Positions 12,001-24,000 of a stretch of DNA of 64,000 nucleotides are shown here, piece after piece (within the stretch, counting starts at the first letter, position 1; each line of letters starts with the position of its first letter). The notes below the pieces were generated by a model. The model searched no databases. It had not been told where the DNA came from and was given only the letters and a program-made list of their open reading frames with translations. The position numbers were made by a program, and so were the translations under genes. Origin of the DNA: Eledone cirrhosa (Eukaryota); NCBI GenBank assembly GCA_964016885.1, contig OZ024741.1:217868001-217932000 (forward strand), given 5' to 3'.

Positions 12001-15000
12001 TGTGGTGATGGGGTGTTGGTGAAGGGTGTTAGTATTGATGGTGGTAGTTGTGGTGATGGTGGTGTTTGTGGGGGGTGTTAGTGTTGATGGTGGTGTTTGT
12101 GGGGGGTGTTAGTGTTGATGGTGGTAGTTGTGGTGATGGTGGTGTTTGTGAGGAGTGTTAGTGTTGGTGGTGGTAGTTGTGGTGATAGGGTGTTTGTGGG
12201 GGGTGTTAGTGTTGATGGTGGTAGTTGTGGTGATGGTGGTGTTTGTGGGGGGTGTTAGTGTTGGTGGTGGTAGTTGTGGTGATGGTGGTATTTGTGGGGG
12301 GTGTTAGTGTTGGTGGTGGTAGTTGTGGTGATGGTGGTGTTTGTGAGGGGTGTTAGTGTTGATGGTGGTGTTTGTGGGGGGTGTTAGTGTTGATGGTGGT
12401 AGTTGTGGTGATGGTGGTGTTTGTGAGGGGTGTTAGTGTTGTTGGTGGTAGTTGTGGTGATGGTGGTGTTTGTGGGGGGTGTTAGTGTTGATGGTGGTAG
12501 TTGTGGTGATGGTGGTGTTTTTGAGGTGTGTTAGTGTTGATGGTGGTAGTTGTGGTGATGGGGTGTTGGTGAGGGGTGTTAGTATTGATGGTGGTAGTTG
12601 TGGTGATGGTGGTGTTTGTGGGTGGTGTTAGTGTTGATGGTGGTGTTTGTGGGGGGTGTTAGTGTTGATGGTGGTAGTTGTGGTGAAGGTGGTGTTTGTG
12701 AGGGGTGTTAGTGTTGGTGGTGGTAGTTGTGGTGATGGGGTGTTTGTGGGGGGTGTTGGTGTTGATGGTGGTAGTTGTGGTGATGGTGGTGTTTGTGGGT
12801 GGTGTTAGCGTTGATGGTGGTAGTTGTGGTGATGGTGGTGTTTGTGGGGGGTGTTAGTGTTGGTGGTGGTAGTTGTGGTGATGGTGGTATTTGTGGGGGG
12901 TGTTAGTGTTGGTGGTGGTAGTTGTGGTGATGGTGGTGTTTGTGAGGGGTGTTAGAGTTGATGGTGGTAGTTGTGGTGATGGTGGTGTTTGTGGGGGGTG
13001 TTAGTGTTGATGGTGGTAGTTGTGGTGATGGTGGTGTTTGTGGGGGGTGTTAGTGTTGATGGTGGTAGTTGTGGTGATGGTGGTGTTTGTGGGGGGTGTT
13101 AGTGTTGATGGTGGTGTTTGTGGGGGGTGTTAGTGTTGATGGTGGTAGTTGTGGTGATGGTGGTGTTTGTGGGGGGTGTTAGTGTTGTTGGTGGTAGTTG
13201 TGGTGATGGGGTGTTGGTGAGGGGTGTTAGTGTTGTTGGTGGTAGTTGTGGTGATGGGGTGTTTGTGGGGGGGTGTTAGTGTTGATGGTGGTGTTTGTGG
13301 GGGGTGTTGGTGTTGGTGGTGGTAGTTGTGGTGATGGTGGTGTTTGTGGGGGGTGTTAGTGTTGATGGTGGTAGTTGTGGTGATGGTGGTGTTTTTGAGG
13401 TGTGTTAGTGTTGATGGTGGTAGTTGTGGTGATGGGGTGTTGGTGAGGGGTGTTAGTATTGATGGTGGTAGTTGTGGTGATGGGGTGTTTGTGGGGGGTG
13501 TTAGTGTTGATGGTGGTAGTTGTGGTGATGGGGTGTTGGTGAGGGGTGTTAGTATTGATGGTGGTAGTTGTGGTGATGGGGTGTTTGTGGGGGGTGTTAG
13601 TGTTGATGGTGGTGTTTGTGGGGTGTGTTAGTGTTGTTGGTGTTAGTTGTGGTGATGGGGTGTTGGTGAGTGGTGTTAGTGTTGTTGGTGGTAGTTGTGG
13701 TGATGGGGTGTTTGTGGGGGGTGTTAGTGTTGATGGTGGTGTTTGTGGGGTGTGTTAGTGTTGATGGTGGTAGTTGTGGTGATGGTGGTGTTTGTGAGGG
13801 GTGTTAGTTTTGGTGGTGGTAGTTGTGGTGATGGTGGTGTTTGTGGGGGGTGTTAGTGTTGGTGGTGGTAGTTGTGGTGATGGTGGTGTTTGTGGGTGGT
13901 GTTAGTGTTGATGGTGGTAGTTGTGGTGATGGTGGTGTTTGTGGGGGGTGTTAGTGTTGGTGGTGGTAGTTGTGGTGATGGTGGTGTTTGTGGGGGGTGT
14001 TAGTGTTGGTGGTGGTAGTTGTGGTGATGGTGGTGTTTGTGGGGGGTGTTAGTGTTGATGGTGGTAGTTGTGGTGGTGGTGGTGTTTGTGGGGGGGGTGT
14101 TAGTGTTGGTGGTGGTAGTTGTGGTGATGGTGGTGTTTGTGGGGGTGTTAGTGTTGGTGGTGGTAGTTGTGGTGATGGTGGTGTTTGTGGGCGGTGTTAG
14201 AGTTGATGGTGGTAGTTGTGGTGGTGGTGGTGTTTGTGAGGGGTGTTAGTGTTGATGGTGGTAGTTGTGGTGATGGTGGTGTTTGTGGGGGGCGTTAATG
14301 TTGATGGTGGTAGTTGTGGTGATGGTGGTGTTTGTGGGGGGTGTTAGTGTTGATGGTGGTAGTTGTGGTGATGGCGGTGTTTGTGGGGGGGTTAGTGTTG
14401 ATGGTGGTAGTTGTGGTGATGGTGGTGTTTGTGGGGGATGTTAGAGTTGGTGGTGGTAGTTGTGGTGATGGTGGTGTTTGTAGGGGGTTTTAGTGTTGAT
14501 GGTGGTGTTTGTGGGGGGTGTTAGTGTTGATGGTGGTAGTTGTGGTGATGGTGGTGTTTGTGGGGGGTGTTAGTGTTGATGGTGGTAGTTGTGGTGATGG
14601 TGGTGTTTGTGGGGGTTGTTAGTGTTGATGGTGGTAGTTGTGGTGATGGTGGTGTTTGTGGGGGGTGTTAGTGTTGGTGGTAGTTGTGGTGATGCTGGTG
14701 TTTGTGGGGGGTGTTAGTGCTGATGGTGGTAGTTGTGGTGATGGGGTGTTTGTGGGGGGTGTTGGTGTTGATGGTGGTAGTTGTGGTGATGGTGGTGTTT
14801 GTGGGGGGTGTTAGTGTTGGTGGTGGTAGTTGTGGTGGGGGGGGTTAGTGTTGGTGGTGGTAGTTGTGGTGATGGTGGTGTTTGTGGGGGGTGTTAGTGT
14901 TGGTGGTGGTAGTTGTGGTGATGGTAGTGTTTGTGGGGGGTGTTTGTGTTGGTGGTGGTAGTTGTGGTGATGGTGGTGTTTGTGGGGGGTGTTAGTGTTG

Positions 15001-18000
15001 GTGGTGGTAGTTGTGGTGATGGTGGTGTTTGTGGGGGGTGTTAGTGTTGGTGGTGGTAGTTGTGGTGATGGTGGTGTTTGTGAGGGGTGTTAGTGTTGAT
15101 GGTGGTAGTTGTGGTGATGGTGGTGTTTGTGAGGGGTGTTAGTGTTGGTGGTGGTAGTTGTGGTGATGGTGGTGTTTGTGGGGGGTGTTAGTGTTGGTGG
15201 TGGTAGTTGTGGTGATGGTGGTGTTTGTGTGTGGTGTTAGTGTTGTTGGTGGTAGTTGTGGTGATGGTGGTGTTTGTGGGGGGTGTTAGTGTTGATGGTG
15301 GTAGTTGTGGTGTTGGTGGTGTTTGTGGGGGTTGTTAGAGTTGATGGTGGTAGTTGTGGTGATGGTGGTGTTTGTGGGGGGTGTTAGTGTTGATGGTGGT
15401 AGTTGTGGTGATGGTGGTGTTTGTGGGGGGTGTTAGTGTTGTTGGTGATAGTTGTGGTGATGGTGGTGTTTGTGGGGGGTGTCAGTGTTGTTGGTGGTAG
15501 TTGTGGTGATGGTGGTGTTTGTGAGGGGTGTTAGTATTGATGGTGGTAGTTGTGGTGATGGTGGTGTTTGTGGGGGGTGTTAGTGTTGTTGGTGGTAGTT
15601 GTGGTGGTGGTGGTGTTTGTGGGGGATGTTAGAGTTGTTGGTGGTAGTTGTGGTGATGGTGGTGTTTATGAGGGGTGTTAGTGTTGTTGGTGGTAGTTGT
15701 GGTGATGGTGGTGTTTGTGGGGGATGTTAGAATTGTTGGTGGTAGTTGTGGTGATGGTGGTGTTTGTGAGGGGTGTTAGTGTTGATGGTGGTAGTTGTGG
15801 TGATGGTGGTGTTTGTGAGGGGTGTTTGTGTTGGTGGTGGTAGTTGTGGTGATGGTGGTGTTTGTGGGGGGTGTTAATGTTGATGGTGGTAGTTGTGGTG
15901 ATGGTGGTGTTTGTGGGGGGTGTTAGTGTTGGTGGTAGTTGTGGTAATGGTGGTGTTTGTGGGGGGTGTTAGTGTTGATGGTGGTAGTTGTGGTGATGGT
16001 GGTGTTTGTGAGGGGTGTTAGTGTTGATGGTGGTAGTTGTGGTGATGGTGGTGTTTGGGGGGACCGTTAGTGTTGATGGTGGTAGTTGTGGTGATGGTGG
16101 TATTTGTGAGGGGTGTTAGTGTTGGTGGTGGTAGTTGTGGTGATGGTGGTGTTTGTGCGGGTTGTTAGTGTTGATGGTGGTAGTTGTGGTGATGGTGGTG
16201 TTTGTGGGGGGTGTTAGTGTTGGTGGTAGTTGTGGTGATGCTGGTGTTTGTGGGGGGTGTTAGTGCTGATGGTGGTAGTTGTGGTGATGGGGTGTTTGTG
16301 GGGGGTGTTGGTGTTGATGGTGGTAGTTGTGGTGATGGTGGTGTTTGTGGGGGGTGTTAGTGTTGGTGGTGGTAGTTGTGGTGATGGTGGTGTTTGTGGG
16401 CGGTGTTAGTGTTGATGGTGGTAGTTGTGGTGATGGTGGTGTTTGTGGGGGGTGTTAGTGTTGTTGGTGGTAGTTGTGGTGATGGTGGTGTTTGTGGGGG
16501 GTGTTAGTGTTGGTGGTGGTAGTTGTGGTGATGGTGGTGTTTGTGGGCGGTGTTAGTGTTGATGGTGGTAGTTGTGGTGATGGTGGTGTTTGTCGGGGGT
16601 GTTAGTGTTGTTGGTGGTAGTTGTGGTGATGGTGGTGTTTGTGGGGGGTGTTAGTATTGGTGGTGGTAGTTGTGGTGATGGGGTGTTTGTGAGGGGTGTT
16701 AGTGTTGATGGTGGTAGTTGTGGTGATGGTGGTGTTTGTGGGGGGTGTTAGTGTTGATGGTGGTGTTTGTGGGGGGTGTTAGTGTTGATGGTGGTGTTTG
16801 TGGGGGGTGTTAGTGTTGATGGTGGTAGTTGTGGTGATGGTGGTGTTTGTGGGGGGTGTTAGTGTTGGTGGTGGTAGTTGTGGTGATGGTGGTGTTTGTG
16901 GGCGGTGTTAGTGTTGGTGGTGGTAGTTGTGGTGAAGGTGGTGTTTGTGGGCGGTGTTAGTGTTGATGGTGGTAGTTGTGGTGATGGTGGTGTTTGTGGG
17001 GGGTGTTAGTGTTGATGGTGGTAGTTGTGGTGATGGTGGTGTTTGTGGGGGGTGTTAGTGTTGGTGGTGGTAGTTGTGGTGATGGTGGTGTTTGTGGGTG
17101 GTGTTAGTGTTGGTGGTGGTAGTTGTGGTGATGGGGTGTTGGTGAGGGGTGTTAGTATTGATGGTGGTAGTTGTGGTGATGGTGGTGTTTGTGGGGGGTG
17201 TTAGTGTTGATGGTGGTGTTTGTGGGGGGTGTTAGTGTTGATGGTGGTAGTTGTGGTGATGGTGGTGTTTGTGAGGGGTGTTAGTGTTGGTGGTGGTAGT
17301 TGTGGTGATGGGGTGTTGGTGAGGGGTGTTAGTATTGATGGTGGTAGTTGTGGTGATGGTGGTGTTTGTGGGGGGTGTTAGTGTTGATGGTAGTGTTTGT
17401 GGGGGGTGTTAGTGTTGATGGTGGTAGTTGTGGTGATGGTGGTGTTTGTGAGGGGTGTTAGTGTTGGTGGTGGTAGTTGTGGTGATGGGGTGTTGGTGAA
17501 GGGTGTTAGTATTGATGGTGGTAGTTGTGGTGATGGTGGTGTTTGTGGGGGGTGTTAGTGTTGATGGTGGTGTTTGTGGGGGGTGTTAGTGTTGATGGTG
17601 GTAGTTGTGGTGATGGTGGTGTTTGTGAGGAGTGTTAGTGTTGGTGGTGGTAGTTGTGGTGATAGGGTGTTTGTGGGGGGTGTTGGTGTTGATGGTGGTA
17701 GTTGTGGTGATGGTGGTGTTTGTGGGTGGTGTTAGCGTTGATGGTGGTAGTTGTGGTGATGGTGGTGTTTGTGGGGGGTGTTAGTGTTGGTGGTGGTAGT
17801 TGTGGTGATGGTGGTATTTGTGGGGGGTGTTAGTGTTGGTGGTGGTAGTTGTGGTGATGGTGGTGTTTGTGAGGGGTGTTAGTGTTGATGGTGGTGTTTG
17901 TGGGGGGTGTTAGTGTTGATGGTGGTAGTTGTGGTGATGGTGGTGTTTGTGAGGGGTGTTAGTGTTGTTGGTGGTAGTTGTGGTGATGGTGGTGTTTGTG

Positions 18001-21000
18001 GGGGGTGTTAGTGTTGATGGTGGTAGTTGTGGTGATGGTGGTGTTTTTGAGTTGTCTTAGTGTTGATGGTGGTAGTTGTGGTGATGGGGTGTTGGTGAGG
18101 GGTGTTAGTATTGATGGTGGTAGTTGTGGTGATGGTGGTGTTTGTGGGTGGTGTTAGTGTTGATGGTGGTGTTTGTGGGGGGTGTTAGTGTTGATGGTGG
18201 TAGTTGTGGTGAAGGTGGTGTTTGTGAGGGGTGTTAGTGTTGGTGGTGGTAGTTGTGGTGATGGGGTGTTTGTGGGGGGTGTTGGTGTTGATGGTGGTAG
18301 TTGTGGTGATGGTGGTGTTTGTGGGTGGTGTTAGCGTTGATGGTGGTAGTTGTGGTGATGGTGGTGTTTGTGGGGGGTGTTAGTGTTGGTGGTGGTAGTT
18401 GTGGTGATGGTGGTATTTGTGGGGGGTGTTAGTGTTGGTGGTGGTAGTTGTGGTGATGGTGGTGTTTGTGAGGGGTGTTAGAGTTGATGGTGGTAGTTGT
18501 GGTGATGGTGGTGTTTGTGGGGGGTGTTAGTGTTGATGGTGGTAGTTGTGGTGATGGTGGTGTTTGTGGGGGGTGTTAGTGTTGATGGTGGTAGTTGTGG
18601 TGATGGTGGTGTTTGTGGGGGGTGTTAGTGTTGATGGTGGTGTTTGTGGGGGGTGTTAGTGTTGATGGTGGTAGTTGTGGTGATGGTGGTGTTTGTGGGG
18701 GGTGTTAGTGTTGTTGGTGGTAGTTGTGGTGATGGGGTGTTGGTGAGGGGTGTTAGTGTTGTTGGTGGTAGTTGTGGTGATGGGGTGTTTGTGGGGGGGT
18801 GTTAGTGTTGATGGTGGTGTTTGTGGGGGGTGTTGGTGTTGGTGGTGGTAGTTGTGGTGATGGTGGTGTTTGTGAGGGGTGTTAGTGTTGATGGTGGTAG
18901 TTGTGGTGATGGTGGTGTTTTTGAGGTGTGTTAGTGTTGATGGTGGTAGTTGTGGTGATGGGGTGTTGGTGAGGGGTGTTAGTATTGATGGTGGTAGTTG
19001 TGGTGATGGGGTGTTGGTGAGGGGTGTTGGTGTTGGTGGTGGTAGTTGTGGTGATGGGGTGTTTGTGGGGGGGTGTTAGTGTTGATGGTGGTGTTTGTGA
19101 GGGGTGTTAGTGCTGTTGGTGGTAGTTGTGGTGATGGTGGTGTTTGTGGGGGGTGTTAGTGTTGATGGTGGTAGTTGTCATGATGGGGTGTTTGTGGGGG
19201 GTGTTAGTGTTGTTGGTGGTAGTTGTGGTGATGGTGATGTTTGTGGGGGGTGTTAGTGTTGATGGTGGTAGTTGTGGTGATGGTGGTGTTTGTGGGAGGT
19301 GTTAGTGTTGGTGGTGGTAGTTGTGGTGATGGTGGTGTTTGTGAGGGGTGTTAGTGTTGTTGGTGGTAGTTGTGGTGATGGTGGTGTTTGTGAGGGGTGT
19401 TAGTGTTGGTGGTGGTAGTTGTGGTGATGGTGGTGTTTGTGAGGGGTGTTAGTGTTGGTGGTGGTAGTTGTGGTGATGGTGGTGTTTGTGGGGGGTGTTA
19501 GTGTTGGTGGTGGTAGTTGTGGTGATGGTGGTGTTTGTGGGCGGTGTTAGTGTTGATGGTGGTAGTTGTGGTGATGGTGGTGTTTGTGGGGGGTGTTAGT
19601 GTTGATGGTGGTGTTTGTGGGGGGTGTTAGTGTTGATGGTGGTAGTTGTGGTGATGGTGGTGTTTGTGGGGCGTGTTAGTGTTGTTGGTGGTAGTTGTGG
19701 TGATGGGGTGTTGGTGAGGGGTGTTAGTGTTGTTGGTGGTAGTTGTGGTGATGGGGTGTTTGTGGGGGGGGGGGGTTACTGTTGATGGTGGTGTTTGTGG
19801 GGGGTGTTGGTGTTGGTGGTGGTAGTTGTGGTGATGGTGGTGTTTGTGGGGGGTGTTAGTGTTGATGGTGGTAGTTGTGGTGATGGTGGTGTTTTTGAGG
19901 TGTGTTAGTGTTGATGGTGGTAGTTGTGGTGATGGGGTGTTGGTGAGGGGTGTTAGTATTGATGGTGGTAGTTGTGGTGATGGGGTGTTTGTGGGGGGTG
20001 TTAGTGTTGATGGTGGTAGTTGTGGTGATGGGGTGTTGGTGAGGGGTGTTAGTATTGATGGTGGTAGTTGTGGTGATGGGGTGTTTGTGGGGGGTGTTAG
20101 TGTTGATGGTGGTGTTTGTGGGGTGTGTTAGTGTTGTTGGTGTTAGTTGTGGTGATGGGGTGTTGGTGAGTGGTGTTAGTGTTGTTGGTGGTAGTTGTGG
20201 TGATGGGGTGTTTGTGGGGGGTGTTAGTGTTGATGGTGGTGTTTGTGGGGTGTGTTAGTGTTGATGGTGGTAGTTGTGGTGATGGTGGTGTTTGTGAGGG
20301 GTGTTAGTTTTGGTGGTGGTAGTTGTGGTGATGGTGGTGTTTGTGGGGGGTGTTAGTGTTGGTGGTGGTAGTTGTGGTGATGGTGGTGTTTGTGGGTGGT
20401 GTTAGTGTTGATGGTGGTAGTTGTGGTGATGGTGGTGTTTGTGGGGGGTGTTAGTGTTGGTGGTGGTAGTTGTGGTCATGGTGGTGTTTGTGGGGGGTGT
20501 TAGTGTTGGTGGTGGTAGTTGTGGTGATGGTGGTGTTTGTGGGGGGTGTTAGTGTTGATGGTGGTAGTTGTGGTGATGGTGGTGTTTGTGGGGGGGTGTT
20601 AGTGTTGGTGGTGGTAGTTGTGGTGATGGTGGTGTTTGTGGGGGTGTTAGTGTTGGTGGTGGTAGTTGTGGTGATGGTGGTGTTTGTGGGCGGTGTTAGT
20701 GTTGATGGTGGTAGTTGTGGTGATGGTGGTGTTTGTGGGGGGTGTTAGAGTTGATGGTGGTAGTTGTGGTGGTGGTGGTGTTTGTGAGGGGTGTTAGTGT
20801 TGATGGTGGTAGTTGTGGTGATGGTGGTGTTTGTGGGGGGCGTTAATGTTGATGGTGGTAGTTGTGGTGATGGTGGTGTTTGTGGGGGGTGTTAGTGTTG
20901 ATGGTGGTAGTTGTGGTGATGGCGGTGTTTGTGGGGGGGTTAGTGTTGATGGTGGTAGTTGTGGTGATGGTGGTGTTTGTGGGGGATGTTAGAGTTGGTG

Positions 21001-24000
21001 GTGGTAGTTGTGGTGATGGTGGTGTTTGTAGGGGGTTTTAGTGTTGATGGTGGTAGTTGTGGTGATGGTGGTGTTTGTGGGGGGTGTTAGTGTTGATGGT
21101 GGTAGTTGTGGTGATGGTGGTGTTTGTGGGGGGTGTTAGTGTTGATGGTGGTAGTTGTGGTGATGGTGGTGTTTGTGGGGGTTGTTAGTGTTGATGGTGG
21201 TAGTTGTGGTGATGGTGGTGTTTGTGGGGGGTGTTAGTGTTGGTGGTAGTTGTGGTGATGCTGGTGTTTGTGGGGGGTGTTAGTGCTGATGGTGGTAGTT
21301 GTGGTGATGGGGTGTTTGTGGGGGGTGTTGGTGTTGATGGTGGTAGTTGTGGTGATGGTGGTGTTTGTGGGGGGTGTTAGTGTTGGTGGTGGTAGTTGTG
21401 GTGATGGTGGTGTTTGTGGGCGGTGTTAGTGTTGATGGTGGTAGTTGTGGTGATGGTGGTGTTTGTCGGGGGTGTTAGTGTTGTTGGTGGTAGTTGTGGT
21501 GATGGTGGTGTTTGTGGGGGGTGTTAGTATTGGTGGTGGTAGTTGTGGTGATGGGGTGTTTGTGAGGGGTGTTAGTGTTGATGGTGGTAGTTGTGGTGAT
21601 GGTGGTGTTTGTGGGGGGTGTTAGTGTTGATGGTGGTGTTTGTGGGGGGTGTTAGTGTTGATGGTGGTGTTTGTGGGGGGTGTTAGTGTTGATGGTGGTA
21701 GTTGTGGTGATGGTGGTGTTTGTGGGGGGTGTTAGTGTTGGTGGTGGTAGTTGTGGTGATGGTGGTGTTTGTGGGCGGTGTTAGTGTTGGTGGTGGTAGT
21801 TGTGGTGAAGGTGGTGTTTGTGGGCGGTGTTAGTGTTGATGGTGGTAGTTGTGGTGATGGTGGTGTTTGTGGGGGGTGTTAGTGTTGATGGTGGTAGTTG
21901 TGGTGATGGTGGTGTTTGTGGGGGGTGTTAGTGTTGGTGGTGGTAGTTGTGGTGATGGTGGTGTTTGTGGGTGGTGTTAGTGTTGGTGGTGGTAGTTGTG
22001 GTGATGGGGTGTTGGTGAGGGGTGTTAGTATTGATGGTGGTAGTTGTGGTGATGGTGGTGTTTGTGGGGGGTGTTAGTGTTGATGGTGGTGTTTGTGGGG
22101 GGTGTTAGTGTTGATGGTGGTAGTTGTGGTGATGGTGGTGTTTGTGAGGGGTGTTAGTGTTGGTGGTGGTAGTTGTGGTGATGGGGTGTTGGTGAGGGGT
22201 GTTAGTATTGATGGTGGTAGTTGTGGTGATGGTGGTGTTTGTGGGGGGTGTTAGTGTTGATGGTAGTGTTTGTGGGGGGTGTTAGTGTTGATGGTGGTAG
22301 TTGTGGTGATGGTGGTGTTTGTGAGGGGTGTTAGTGTTGGTGGTGGTAGTTGTGGTGATGGGGTGTTGGTGAAGGGTGTTAGTATTGATGGTGGTAGTTG
22401 TGGTGATGGTGGTGTTTGTGGGGGGTGTTAGTGTTGATGGTGGTGTTTGTGGGGGGTGTTAGTGTTGATGGTGGTAGTTGTGGTGATGGTGGTGTTTGTG
22501 AGGAGTGTTAGTGTTGGTGGTGGTAGTTGTGGTGATAGGGTGTTTGTGGGGGGTGTTGGTGTTGATGGTGGTAGTTGTGGTGATGGTGGTGTTTGTGGGT
22601 GGTGTTAGCGTTGATGGTGGTAGTTGTGGTGATGGTGGTGTTTGTGGGGGGTGTTAGTGTTGGTGGTGGTAGTTGTGGTGATGGTGGTATTTGTGGGGGG
22701 TGTTAGTGTTGGTGGTGGTAGTTGTGGTGATGGTGGTGTTTGTGAGGGGTGTTAGTGTTGATGGTGGTGTTTGTGGGGGGTGTTAGTGTTGATGGTGGTA
22801 GTTGTGGTGATGGTGGTGTTTGTGAGGGGTGTTAGTGTTGTTGGTGGTAGTTGTGGTGATGGTGGTGTTTGTGGGGGGTGTTAGTGTTGATGGTGGTAGT
22901 TGTGGTGATGGTGGTGTTTTTGAGTTGTCTTAGTGTTGATGGTGGTAGTTGTGGTGATGGGGTGTTGGTGAGGGGTGTTAGTATTGATGGTGGTAGTTGT
23001 GGTGATGGTGGTGTTTGTGGGTGGTGTTAGTGTTGATGGTGGTGTTTGTGGGGGGTGTTAGTGTTGATGGTGGTAGTTGTGGTGAAGGTGGTGTTTGTGA
23101 GGGGTGTTAGTGTTGGTGGTGGTAGTTGTGGTGATGGGGTGTTTGTGGGGGGTGTTGGTGTTGATGGTGGTAGTTGTGGTGATGGTGGTGTTTGTGGGTG
23201 GTGTTAGCGTTGATGGTGGTAGTTGTGGTGATGGTGGTGTTTGTGGGGGGTGTTAGTGTTGGTGGTGGTAGTTGTGGTGATGGTGGTATTTGTGGGGGGT
23301 GTTAGTGTTGGTGGTGGTAGTTGTGGTGATGGTGGTGTTTGTGAGGGGTGTTAGAGTTGATGGTGGTAGTTGTGGTGATGGTGGTGTTTGTGGGGGGTGT
23401 TAGTGTTGATGGTGGTAGTTGTGGTGATGGTGGTGTTTGTGGGGGGTGTTAGTGTTGATGGTGGTAGTTGTGGTGATGGTGGTGTTTGTGGGGGGTGTTA
23501 GTGTTGATGGTGGTGTTTGTGGGGGGTGTTAGTGTTGATGGTGGTAGTTGTGGTGATGGTGGTGTTTGTGGGGGGTGTTAGTGTTGTTGGTGGTAGTTGT
23601 GGTGATGGGGTGTTGGTGAGGGGTGTTAGTGTTGTTGGTGGTAGTTGTGGTGATGGGGTGTTTGTGGGGGGGTGTTAGTGTTGATGGTGGTGTTTGTGGG
23701 GGGTGTTGGTGTTGGTGGTGGTAGTTGTGGTGATGGTGGTGTTTGTGAGGGGTGTTAGTGTTGATGGTGGTAGTTGTGGTGATGGTGGTGTTTTTGAGGT
23801 GTGTTAGTGTTGATGGTGGTAGTTGTGGTGATGGGGTGTTGGTGAGGGGTGTTAGTATTGATGGTGGTAGTTGTGGTGATGGGGTGTTGGTGAGGGGTGT
23901 TGGTGTTGGTGGTGGTAGTTGTGGTGATGGGGTGTTTGTGGGGGGGTGTTAGTGTTGATGGTGGTGTTTGTGAGGGGTGTTAGTGCTGTTGGTGGTAGTT